DNA of 57,461 nt from a virus (taxonomy: Duplodnaviria > Caudoviricetes). The stretch covers positions 1 to 57,461 of the IMG/VR virus record IMGVR_UViG_3300012038_000017, one strand, 5' to 3'. The notes below the pieces were generated by a model that worked only from the letters and a program-made list of their open reading frames with translations, did not search any database and was not told the DNA's origin. Each line of letters begins with the position of its first letter. Position 1 is the first letter of the stretch. Position numbers and translations under genes: made by a program. Positions 17,401 to 26,400 of this stretch are shown piece by piece.

Positions 17401-19613
17401 TTGCCATTCTCGATCTGCGGAATCAAATTCAGAATAGCTTGCAAGATTTCCTTAATATCTTGCAACCGTTCCGACATTTCGATCTTACCTTGCACCCGAT
17501 AATAGATATCCATATCTATTGTTCCTGGGATAAGTAAGTCGGTAATATGAAGCGGAACACGCGTGATAAGACGATGTGCTCTATCGTCAGCTTGCGAACG
17601 ATTTCCAGCACTCCAATTGCTGGAATAATAGATACAGTCAGTCGTGTTGGTTGTATATTGCGTTGGATTGTGTGGGTCAAAACCAACTAGATTAAGACCT
17701 ACGCCACCACTTGCAGCAATACCAACAAATACTTGCGTTTCCGGGTCGCAATTAAATTGGTCGATTGAATTTTGCTTGTCAGCATCTTTCATCGTACCGT
17801 GAAACCCAACTGATTTAATTCCATGTTTCGCGAGACGTTCGCGAATCATTTCAATATTTTCTTTGAAACAAACCCAAACCAAAGCTTTCCGATTCTTATC
17901 TTGTAGGATTCCTTCCATCGCGCTACCATTCTCGGAATCTTCCGAATCTTCTAATTCAGAATCCGGCTTATCGCCAATAAGATATCGAATAAGCAATTCC
18001 AACTTCGCGCCATCGGTGAAGTAATGCGCTTCTTTATTATCAAGACGGGCATAACCGCTTGTAATTTCAGCAAGACGCAACATCATCGACAACACGTTAT
18101 TAACTGTCATCGTTTCTGGTGCACCACGTGCTTTATCAGCCGCAATCTTTGCTTCGATTTCTGCACCAAGTTGCGATGCAAGTTGCACGTAAACACGTTT
18201 TTGCTCTTTCGACATTGAGGTTTCTAATGTTCCCCAAGTTTTCTTTGGCAAAAATGGTAATGCTTCCTCCTTTCCGATAATGAAAGCATATCGTGCCATT
18301 TTCTCCTTTAATAAAGGAATGTTCTGAAAACCAGTTAACTTCGCCATTCCTTCATGTGAAGCTTGATATTCACCGTAGAATGCCTTGAACGCGGAATAAG
18401 ATTCAAACCCGGAATATCCATTTCCAAGGAATTCAAGCTGACAGTAGATATCGAACGGAGTATTGCGGAACGGTGTTCCAGTTGCGAGAACTACCGATGC
18501 AAAGTGCCCGTTGCGCCGTGCTTCAAGATAATACTTTGTCCGCTTTGTCGATGGATTGCTAATATTGTGTCCTTCATCTAAAAGACACAAATCAAATTCC
18601 ATGCTGAGAGGAGCGGCAAGTAATTGCTTTGTTGCGACAAAGCTTTCATATCCACTAATGAGAACAATATGCTTCTCAAGATGCGCCACCGATGCAATAT
18701 CGGTAAGACAATTCACCAATCGTTCCGTGTTATTTAAACCACGGAGGGTGATGATATGAATCTTGTCAGCACAATTGCTGAATTGCGCGATCTCAGTTTT
18801 CCAATTAGTTCTTATTGTCTTTGGACAAGAGATAAGAGTAAAACTGACGCGACCAGATAATTCGGCATTGTGGATAGTGTGGTCTAATTTCCGAATCATC
18901 ATTAAAGTTTTGCCCGTTCCTGGTGCGCAGAAAAGAGCAAAAGCTTTAGAATGACAAGAATTAAAACTAGCACATTTCTGATATGCAGTTAATTCCTTGC
19001 CAGTACGCTCCTTCAGGATTCGGTCCTGTTCGTCAAACCATTCCGATGAAGGAACAATGCCATTTATTTTGTAATTGGCAGTTCTCTCAGCATTTTGCTC
19101 CGCCACAAATTCGCGGAGATAAATTTCTTGAAAGAATGGTTTCGCAGCATCCGAAATAACAGTTCGATTAGTCCATGCACGTTGAATAAGATGCACGGTG
19201 TAATCTGTCATTGGCACTTCGTATATTGGATGATATACGTTTGCACGATTTAATTTCGTTGCACCATGAAGGAAACGCTTTTCTACAAAGCGTTGAGCGC
19301 GAATAGAACGCGGTGAACGTGCAACTTTCATTTTGACGATAATAGGATTACCGTCGCCATCTAATTGCTCCATGTCTTGCATAACTTCGTCATATATTTC
19401 AATGACGAATTTATTAACAATCCGGCCATCGGAGCGAGTTGTTTTATGAACCGATAGGCGAAGGACAGCTTCACCTAGGTTCGTTTCTGGTTTCAAATAT
19501 TCCTGTGATGCCAACGTCTCAGCGATATATTCGCTATTACGCGCATCTAAAGGAATAATTTGATCGATTGAATTTTCGGACACTCCGGTGCCCAAATCAA
19601 CAGCGGTGCTCAT
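17397..19613 (-). CDS. SNF2-family SF2 helicase
   Basis: APGTGKT, LDEGH, ATGTP, SGGVGLNL, QADDRAHR. Confidence 0.92.
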   Translation of the reverse strand: MSTAVDLGTGVSENSIDQIIPLDARNSEYIAETLASQEYLKPETNLGEAVLRLSVHKTTRSDGRIVNKFVIEIYDEVMQDMEQLDGDGNPIIVKMKVARSPRSIRAQRFVEKRFLHGATKLNRANVYHPIYEVPMTDYTVHLIQRAWTNRTVISDAAKPFFQEIYLREFVAEQNAERTANYKINGIVPSSEWFDEQDRILKERTGKELTAYQKCASFNSCHSKAFALFCAPGTGKTLMMIRKLDHTIHNAELSGRVSFTLISCPKTIRTNWKTEIAQFSNCADKIHIITLRGLNNTERLVNCLTDIASVAHLEKHIVLISGYESFVATKQLLAAPLSMEFDLCLLDEGHNISNPSTKRTKYYLEARRNGHFASVVLATGTPFRNTPFDIYCQLEFLGNGYSGFESYSAFKAFYGEYQASHEGMAKLTGFQNIPLLKEKMARYAFIIGKEEALPFLPKKTWGTLETSMSKEQKRVYVQLASQLGAEIEAKIAADKARGAPETMTVNNVLSMMLRLAEITSGYARLDNKEAHYFTDGAKLELLIRYLIGDKPDSELEDSEDSENGSAMEGILQDKNRKALVWVCFKENIEMIRERLAKHGIKSVGFHGTMKDADKQNSIDQFNCDPETQVFVGIAASGGVGLNLVGFDPHNPTQYTTNTTDCIYYSSNWSAGNRSQADDRAHRLITRVPLHITDLLIPGTIDMDIYYRVQGKIEMSERLQDIKEILQAILNLIPQIENGN

Positions 19614-19645
19614 ATTGGTTTAATCCTTTCGATTTGTTGGTTCAA

Positions 19646-19672
19646 TTAGATTGATTAGATTGATTAGATTGA
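19646..19672. repeat. 9-bp tandem repeat x3
   Basis: ATTAGATTG x3. Confidence 0.85.
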
Positions 19673-19674
19673 GA

Positions 19675-19743
19675 GGCGAATTCAATTCGTTCCGGGCATT
19701 AGAATGAAGATATATCTGATGCCCGGTGCGGAGCAAACGCGCC
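19675..19743 (-). ncRNA. intergenic hairpin family, copy 1
   Basis: GGCG.GUUUG.C.UCCG-CA-[CCGGGCAU/AUGCCCGG]-AA-CGAA.U.UGAAU.CGCC. Confidence 0.65.
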
Positions 19744-19748
19744 GATTA

Positions 19749-19982
19749 TTAACGCACGTAATTGCAATCCATTAATTCAATTGCTTTATTTGCAAATGAA
19801 GGTGAAGTGACAGGATTACAAAATTCGACCAAAGCACGGGCGTCGAATTGGGGTAGACATTCAACCGATAGATATGGCGAATTATTTGGTTCAGTTAATT
19901 CACCAGTGTCGACAATGAAAACACGCCACATTTTGTTGTGACGCATAATGTAGAAACAATCGTTTGTGGAATACCATTGCAT
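19749..19982 (-). CDS. hypothetical protein, first gene of the leftward operon
   Basis: AAAGGA RBS before ATG 19982. Confidence 0.55.
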   Translation of the reverse strand: MQWYSTNDCFYIMRHNKMWRVFIVDTGELTEPNNSPYLSVECLPQFDARALVEFCNPVTSPSFANKAIELMDCNYVR

Positions 19983-20079
19983 GATTGATTTAATCCTTTG
20001 TTGCAATTAGAGTTGTAATTGCCGATTTAATTCGACCCGGATTCCAAACCGCTCGCCCGCGCGAGCCTTCCGGCGTCAA

Positions 20080-20220
20080 ATTATACGCAACAGTCAAGGG
20101 CTGCCATTTTGACAGGCACTTTTCGTGGGAAATATGCGTGTTTTCGCCATTGGACACATGGTTTCACCATGAAACTGCCATAATGACAGACTCTAGGAGG
20201 TAAAACTGTCATTATGACAG
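20080..20220 (-). promoter_or_regulatory. leftward promoter (TATAAT at 20085-20080) with three CTGYCATWWTGACAG palindromes
   Basis: Palindromes at 20101-20115, 20175-20189 and 20206-20220. Confidence 0.6.
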
Positions 20221-20271
20221 TTGTTTATTAGGTTGTTATTAGGCTTGAATTAGGAATTAGAGTGCTAATTG

Positions 20272-20327
20272 AATTAATGCTGCAATTAATGCTGCAATTA
20301 GTGCTGCAATTAGTGCTGCAATTAGTG
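20272..20327. repeat. 12-bp tandem repeat x4.6
   Basis: AATTARTGCTGC. Confidence 0.9.
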
Positions 20328-20375
20328 GGCGGTCATCGTCCGTGCGTGTGTTCGGAATTATTGGGGAAACCCTAA

Positions 20376-20536
20376 TTAAAGTTGTTCAGATGGCGTAAGA
20401 CTCTGTTATACAGAACTCATATAAGCCGCACCCACACCACCACCACACACACACACACACACACCCTATATATGGTATATATTGTATGTATGTATGTATG
20501 TATATAACGCGGTCTTACGGACTTGAACAACTTTAA
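20376..20536. repeat. ~35-bp inverted repeat enclosing (CA)n and (TATG)n tracts; candidate origin
   Basis: TTAAAGTTGTTCA..CGTAAGAC..GTTATA (20376-20410) and its inverse (20503-20536). Confidence 0.8.
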
Positions 20537-20652
20537 CTACCGCTTTCGCGGTAGTTCCGAATTAGGAGGGGGCTTTCATTGGGCGGTCATCGTGCGCACG
20601 CGTAATTGCAGCGTTGATTCAAATTACGGTCATCGTGCGCGGTCATCACACA

Positions 20653-20698
20653 CATGTATTGCACGCATGGTTGTTCGCATGTATTGCACGCATGGTTG
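20653..20698. repeat. 21-bp direct repeat x2
   Basis: CATGTATTGCACGCATGGTTG at 20653 and 20678. Confidence 0.85.
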
Positions 20699-21031
20699 CA
20701 CAATACGTTGTTACAATATGTTGAAATAACTACGTTGGAATTACGCGTAGTTTAAATAGGGGTGTTCGCGCACGATACAAATTGCCCGAATTCGGATGAT
20801 ATTGTTCGCGCACGAATTGAATTTGCAATTGGAAACTATGCCTGTAGAACGCATAGAATGCTCTACGTTGCGTGATCTTGTTTGAGGTATCCCAGTACAG
20901 AAAACAAAAGATCTCGCAAACGGAGCGAAATGGCCTTATTTTTGTACACTACTTTGTACACTACAAAAAATGGCCTGTGGGAGAGCTATATATAAGGAAT
21001 AGAATTCGATACCGAATTGACGATACCCCTA

Positions 21032-21060
21032 TTGACAGTTTGACCAATAGTCATCAAACT
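21032..21060 (+). promoter_or_regulatory. putative rightward sigma70-type promoter
   Basis: TTGACA-N17-CAAACT, overlapped by the inverted repeat CAGTTTGA/TCAAACTG. Confidence 0.4.
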
Positions 21061-21313
21061 GCCGTTGTCGGTTGTTTGCTCTTTCACAATTCGGTTCGGT
21101 TTTGGCGACGGAGTGTTGACGCCTAGTCACGCGACGTTCCGCAAAGTTTCTGTCACGTGAATTCAATTCACGACGGAGCGCGGAGCGGTTGCAAACGACA
21201 ATGGCCAAGCATATGCCGCATTAAGCGACGTTTCCAAACTGAGTAGCAATCACCAATCACGCGACATTCTGTCGCGTGAAATCTTTCCTCTATTCCTCAA
21301 AGGAATATCTCAA

Positions 21314-22030
21314 ATGTCAGTTGCAACTAGTTCCGCCAGCGTTGTCGATTCCAGTTTGCCAACTTCAGCTGATATCATCGACGAACCAATTGATTCTGTC
21401 ACGCAACCAGAAACGGATGCGACGGACAATGGTTCGACCGATACGGCAGAAACGCAACCAGAAACGACAGGTAAGAAACGCGGGCCAAAAGCTGGTTCCA
21501 AACGACCCGGAGCTAAGATCGAATTCGGCGTTCCTGAAGGAAAGTTTCTGTCAAAGGAAACTCCCGGATTTGAATGTCGCTTTGAGAACAAAGGCGGACA
21601 TAAAAAACTCAAACCGGAAGATTTTGCTTGTCCGATGGACTGGTTTGAATGGCAATTATGGTATCACAACGAATTCGCACGGATGGCGAAATATGAGCGC
21701 GACGAATATCGCGCTCTAGGTGATACTGAGGAACAACGCGCCTTGAATGTCGATTTGAACGCCGCTTTGAACGCTGGTTTGAGCAAACTCAAATCAAATG
21801 AATCGACGGCGGTTGCGAAGCCAAAAGCAACTAATGCAATGATCGACAAAATGCGCGAAATGCAAGCTGAATTGGCCCGCGTAATTGCGGAATCAATGGC
21901 AGCCAACGCTGAAGCTGAAGCAACCGAGCAAGCTGAAGCATCCGCGCAGCAATCGGTTGTGATTGAAGTTTCCGAAACCGTTTCGGAAACCGTCGTCAAT
22001 GAAACTAAATCGAATAAGCGCAAACGATAG
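21314..22030 (+). CDS. charged protein with basic patches (possible DNA-binding), paralog of 13543-14004
   Basis: KKRGPKAGSKRPG patch, shared ETPGF/HKxL/FAxPxD block, own terminator. Confidence 0.8.
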   Translation: MSVATSSASVVDSSLPTSADIIDEPIDSVTQPETDATDNGSTDTAETQPETTGKKRGPKAGSKRPGAKIEFGVPEGKFLSKETPGFECRFENKGGHKKLKPEDFACPMDWFEWQLWYHNEFARMAKYERDEYRALGDTEEQRALNVDLNAALNAGLSKLKSNESTAVAKPKATNAMIDKMREMQAELARVIAESMAANAEAEATEQAEASAQQSVVIEVSETVSETVVNETKSNKRKR

Positions 22031-22048
22031 TTTGCGGTTGTTCGTCGT

Positions 22049-22089
22049 CACGCTGGCGGGAGAATTCTCCCGCCAGCGTGTTTTTGTTT
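22049..22089 (+). terminator. intrinsic terminator formed by a perfect 32-bp palindrome
   Basis: CACGCTGGCGGGAGAATTCTCCCGCCAGCGTG followed by TTTTTGTTT. Confidence 0.85.
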
Positions 22090-22117
22090 CTACGTTTCTA
22101 ATTCAAGGAAAGATTAG

Positions 22118-22189
22118 ATGGATGATTTGAATGATTGGCGTGACGCATGGTTTGAAGTATTCGTTGACGACGGAGATATTGACGCATGA
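22118..22189 (+). CDS. 23-aa acidic micropeptide (not in ORF track)
   Basis: AAGGAAAG RBS; MDDLNDWRDAWFEVFVDDGDIDA; ATGA-coupled to the next gene. Confidence 0.5.
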   Translation: MDDLNDWRDAWFEVFVDDGDIDA

Positions 22190-22716
22190 AATATCTTACA
22201 TGTCCTCGTTGCGGAAATCTTGCAAAGGAAACGCCAATAGGAAAGCGCTGTCGTGATTGTGCCGAAGCATATGATATGAACGGAAACAAGATATATGCGA
22301 AGCGCAATAGTGATGGCGATCTTTTGGCAAGCTTGTGCGAGATATGTTGTCCTACGCAACATGGAACGCGCCGATGGAAACTTGATATCGCGGAGCGGTT
22401 GCTAGTTGTTCAAAGCAACCTAGCACGCGTTTCTGGTTCATTGGTATCGGTTGCTAATCCCGATATCACAATGTCAGTCGTTATGAGATTAGAATCGCAA
22501 GCACAGCGCTGGTTGCAACGTGCTAAGCGTATTGAGGAACGCCTACAACGCAACACGCGCAATAGATTGAAACTTTATCTCAAACTCAAACGATTAGAGT
22601 TTGAGATTGCATTGTTGCAAGATCGAATGTTACGCAAGAAACATATCTCAAAGCGTGAATTGAAGCGCGTTGTGAACGCGTACATGAAACGCACATATGG
22701 AAACTTCAAGGGATGA
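22186..22716 (+). CDS. Zn-ribbon/basic coiled-coil protein
   Basis: CPRC...CRDC; GGAG RBS. Confidence 0.65.
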   Translation: MKYLTCPRCGNLAKETPIGKRCRDCAEAYDMNGNKIYAKRNSDGDLLASLCEICCPTQHGTRRWKLDIAERLLVVQSNLARVSGSLVSVANPDITMSVVMRLESQAQRWLQRAKRIEERLQRNTRNRLKLYLKLKRLEFEIALLQDRMLRKKHISKRELKRVVNAYMKRTYGNFKG

Positions 22717-22720
22717 AACT

Positions 22721-22927
22721 ATGAGATACTTAGTTAGCTTTAGCCCCTGTCAACAAAAGATCGACGCCGAAGAATTCGCATATGAGCGCGAATTCAATCG
22801 TTATTTGCGCGAAGCAAAACGACTGATCGCAAAACATGGCGCATCGAAAATGTCGATCGCGCTACATAGCCGGATTGAACGTCTGTTGATCGCTCAAATG
22901 AGAATTGATAATTGCATAGGAGAATAG
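22721..22927 (+). CDS. hypothetical protein
   Basis: AAGGGA RBS. Confidence 0.55.
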   Translation: MRYLVSFSPCQQKIDAEEFAYEREFNRYLREAKRLIAKHGASKMSIALHSRIERLLIAQMRIDNCIGE

Positions 22928-22931
22928 AAGC

Positions 22932-23249
22932 ATGACAACAATCGCCGTCAGTAATTGGGAACGTGGTGATGATCTTGAAACGCGTGCAACCGCTTGTGGG
23001 TTCAAGCTTGTGCGAGACAAAGGCCACAAGCCATCCGATAAATGGCTTTACGAATTGTGGTCTGATGAAACTGACGAATTGATATTCGTCGGCAATTGTG
23101 CTTCAGTGTTCGCATACCTTGCAGGCATGAAACGCGGAGCGGAGCAAATGTTTCGCTATGTCATGCTTCAGCGCGAAAAGCGTAAAAACGAATTGCGCGA
23201 ATTATTCGCGCATGAAATCAAACCAGTTTCCGCCAGCGAAATATGGTAA
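22932..23249 (+). CDS. hypothetical protein
   Basis: AGGAG RBS. Confidence 0.65.
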   Translation: MTTIAVSNWERGDDLETRATACGFKLVRDKGHKPSDKWLYELWSDETDELIFVGNCASVFAYLAGMKRGAEQMFRYVMLQREKRKNELRELFAHEIKPVSASEIW

Positions 23250-23259
23250 TTGTTCAGAC

Positions 23260-23297
23260 AGGCCGGGAGTGTTTACGCACTCCCGGCCTTTTTCTTT
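23260..23297 (+). terminator. intrinsic terminator
   Basis: AGGCCGGGAGTG/CACTCCCGGCCT followed by a T-tract. Confidence 0.85.
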
Positions 23298-23612
23298 AAG
23301 TGCTCCCATCACTCTACTTACGGGAACCATTTTTACACCAATTTTCCACCACCGGCACAATCAATTAAAAGTTGTGTAGTGCATTACTATAAAACTACAC
23401 ATACATTTTGAGTTGCAGAGGGTAATGCCATGAAACTCTGCAACTATTCAAAAACCTGTTCAACTCTCGTATGAAGTGAACACTTTTGCATTTTTCACGT
23501 CGCCAGCGTTGTCCATCAGCAAAATTCTGTCGTCCTAACCCGTTACGCACATGCACTTTCCAGACATTCCGGCCCCACATACACTTCCTTTTGCACCTCT
23601 CGGCAGCGTACA

Positions 23613-24305
23613 ATGAGCATTGGCGAACATGACATTTTTACCCCTCCGGCAGTAATTAATTCAGTAGTTCCAATTATCGTGGAAAATGCAATGACAGCAA
23701 TTGAATCTAATTTCGAGCAATCTTTACAAGAGAATCTTACCCTATATCTTCATCAAGATATAGATGAGGCAAATATATTCCAAGCGAATCGAGAAATTTC
23801 AATTGCTCGGTATGCTCTTACTCAACAAGCTGAATCCTATTTCAAGGCTATTCAAATATTAAATAAGTTTCTTGAAGTTGCAAATCTGAATTCTGGAAAT
23901 GCAATTGATAAAAATATTCTTACTAATGTAATGACAGCAATTGCTACTATCGAATCAAAGAGCAAGTCTCTTATTGAAACAGTTCACCAAGTAACTCGTC
24001 TTATTAAAGACGCCTCTACTATTGATATTGACAAGAGCGCCCTCAGAACAATCGTCGTTAATATCCCTGTTCTCGTCAAACAGAGCATCAGTCGAATTAG
24101 CGGTGACGACCAATTAGCTGAGTCTGTAAGTCTCAATTTGAATAATAGTATTTCGGAGTTAATGACAGCTTGCCGTCTCGACAGAGATCAACTCTTACCT
24201 TCAACTTCAACAAATATGCAAGAGAAGGGAATTAATGCAGAGCAGTTTGTTGATCTTTTCAACTCAGTTCCTTCACAACCTCGCGCCGGAGAGTTACTAA
24301 TGTAA
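23613..24305 (+). CDS. helical protein, possible terminase small subunit
   Basis: First gene of the late arm, all-alpha with a REISIAR segment; no other TerS candidate. Assignment is positional only. Confidence 0.35.
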   Translation: MSIGEHDIFTPPAVINSVVPIIVENAMTAIESNFEQSLQENLTLYLHQDIDEANIFQANREISIARYALTQQAESYFKAIQILNKFLEVANLNSGNAIDKNILTNVMTAIATIESKSKSLIETVHQVTRLIKDASTIDIDKSALRTIVVNIPVLVKQSISRISGDDQLAESVSLNLNNSISELMTACRLDRDQLLPSTSTNMQEKGINAEQFVDLFNSVPSQPRAGELLM

Positions 24306-24319
24306 GGAGATATTTTATC

Positions 24320-25819
24320 GTGAGAGTGGTCTGCACAATAATTGTAGTGAGCGCGCTATTTGTTTTACCGGGAATTACACAGGAGCCAACACCAGCAAGA
24401 ATACCGACGCCTGCTGATGCTACGGGTTGGGCGCTTGCGGATTTAGCTCTCATCCAAGCATCAGATCGACCATTTCAACGGTATATATGGATACCTTCAT
24501 TTGGCGATAAGCGATGGATAGCTGCAATAAATTTCACAATCAATACCGCAGTATCTCATTCGTCAGTAATTCAATTAGGTGCTGAATGTGCAAACGGATG
24601 GTTATTGCGGTATGATCTTCGTCGTCTTGCACCTTCACCACAGCAATTAGCGAAGTTAATTCAGACGTGGGACTCACTTGCATTACAGGATTCTTATTTT
24701 CATATCTCATCATCTACCCTGGGGGTGAGCAAATTACCTGCTGCAATACTCGGACCACATTTGAAACAACCAGAAGCAGTAGCATTAGCTGGATTAAACC
24801 TATCATCCGGTGGCATATACAGGGGAGATTGGTTTATTGCTAAAGCTCTTTCGACATTAGAAGGTGGAGCTTATTACGAATTTTTGCAAATTCAAAGAGT
24901 TGTAGAAAAGAATAGAACACCGCAAGGAGTATTTTTAGCTAGTTTAGGTGTATTTGAAGAACAAACTAAGTTAATAAGTGGTGATGAAAGGATTGCTATT
25001 TTCCGTTCAAATGTGACTTCAAAAGCACGTCGGGCGGATATTTTGTATGGATTAGGTCGTCGAGGAGCACTTGCAACAATTACTCATGATATTTCAGATA
25101 ATGATGTTCAAGTTGAAGCTCATCCACTTAGAAATCTTTTAGCCTTTCAAGATAAAGCGAGAGAAGTGATTGTGCAGAAAGCAAATGGAATGCACGTTTT
25201 TGCCCTCTTTGATAATAAAGGGAATTTTCAAGATGCAGTTCCTCCTGATATTGCTGCCGATCATTTAGTTCCTGCACCACACACTAAAAACCTACAGCCA
25301 GCAATTTCTTGTATTAGATGTCATGGTCCGTTCGATGGTTATCATCCGTTGCCAAATGACGTTCAAACTCTCCTTACTTCTAAACTTGATGTCTTTACCG
25401 ATTTAGTAGATGTTAATAATTCAAGAGAAGCAATTATTGACAGACTTGCCGGACTTTATTCTGGTCAACCTGATCTTCCTGACGCGCCACTTGGTAGAGC
25501 GAGACGTGATTATAAAGCTGCTGTTTATAAAATAACGCAAGACTCATATCCTGATGAAGTATCACCTGTTGTCGCGGTAAGTAATCACATATCTGAAATC
25601 TATGCTAATTATAGATATGATGTTGTGAGTCCGCAGAAAGCAGCTTTGGAGTTAGGACTTCACTCACTTGATGAATTTGTAATTGGAGAAGGTGAAGCCG
25701 TCGATCCAGTAGTAGGAAGTTTGAAAGCAGGAATTTCAGTAAATAGAAGCGATTATGAGCATGTATATGCTGATATGGCATTGCAAGTAAGTCTCACCAG
25801 AAAAAAGCAGGAGAATTAA
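24320..25819 (+). CDS. exported protein with a CxxCH heme-c motif
   Basis: Hydrophobic N-terminal signal; ISCIRCHG; AAGGAG RBS. Confidence 0.75.
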   Translation: MRVVCTIIVVSALFVLPGITQEPTPARIPTPADATGWALADLALIQASDRPFQRYIWIPSFGDKRWIAAINFTINTAVSHSSVIQLGAECANGWLLRYDLRRLAPSPQQLAKLIQTWDSLALQDSYFHISSSTLGVSKLPAAILGPHLKQPEAVALAGLNLSSGGIYRGDWFIAKALSTLEGGAYYEFLQIQRVVEKNRTPQGVFLASLGVFEEQTKLISGDERIAIFRSNVTSKARRADILYGLGRRGALATITHDISDNDVQVEAHPLRNLLAFQDKAREVIVQKANGMHVFALFDNKGNFQDAVPPDIAADHLVPAPHTKNLQPAISCIRCHGPFDGYHPLPNDVQTLLTSKLDVFTDLVDVNNSREAIIDRLAGLYSGQPDLPDAPLGRARRDYKAAVYKITQDSYPDEVSPVVAVSNHISEIYANYRYDVVSPQKAALELGLHSLDEFVIGEGEAVDPVVGSLKAGISVNRSDYEHVYADMALQVSLTRKKQEN

Positions 25820-25821
25820 TT

Positions 25822-26400
25822 GTGGATTTGCCAGAAGTAGATGGAGTTGAATTTAAGATCATCGAAGGTTATCCTGACTATATAGTTGGGAGTGATGGAA
25901 CCGTTTGCAGTAAAAGAAGTAATAAAAGAGGGATCGAAAGATGGTGGACTCAAATGAGTCCAAGTCGAGATAATGCTGGATATCTAAGAGTTGGATTAAG
26001 AGTATTAAATTCTCCACGAAAGTTTTTCCTTGTCCATCGTCTTGTGGCAATGGCTTTTGTGTCAGGATTTCAACCTGAATTAACAGTTAATCACAAAGAT
26101 GGAAATAAACAAAACAATTCTAAATCTAATTTAGAGTGGTGTACTTATGGAGAAAATCATAAGCACGCTTTCAAACTTGGATTAAGAAATAGTCATGGTG
26201 AAGCTAATTCCAATTGCACTGTTTCAGATGAAGAAGTGAGAGAAATTATTAAATGTGTTGAGAATGGTGAATCGCAAAGATCGGTTGCTTTGCGCTTTGA
26301 TATTTCATATCAGACTGTGAATGACTATTGGTTGGGTAAGCGACGTGCGCGTAGTAACCAAAATTTAGTTGTCCTTCCTGAAAATAAGGAACTTATATGA
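25822..26400 (+). CDS. NUMOD4-HNH homing endonuclease
   Basis: IEGYPDYIVGSDG, VHRLVA, VNHKDGNKQNN..SNLEW, C-terminal HTH. Confidence 0.9.
   Translation: MDLPEVDGVEFKIIEGYPDYIVGSDGTVCSKRSNKRGIERWWTQMSPSRDNAGYLRVGLRVLNSPRKFFLVHRLVAMAFVSGFQPELTVNHKDGNKQNNSKSNLEWCTYGENHKHAFKLGLRNSHGEANSNCTVSDEEVREIIKCVENGESQRSVALRFDISYQTVNDYWLGKRRARSNQNLVVLPENKELI

Noticed and set aside
20250-20270. CIRCE element
   Set aside because: Only the right half (GAGTGCTAA) is present.
25822-26400. HNH between the two cytochrome genes as a group I intron or intein
   Set aside because: The ORF abuts both neighbours with no room for an intron core, and each flanking gene has its own RBS and signal peptide.
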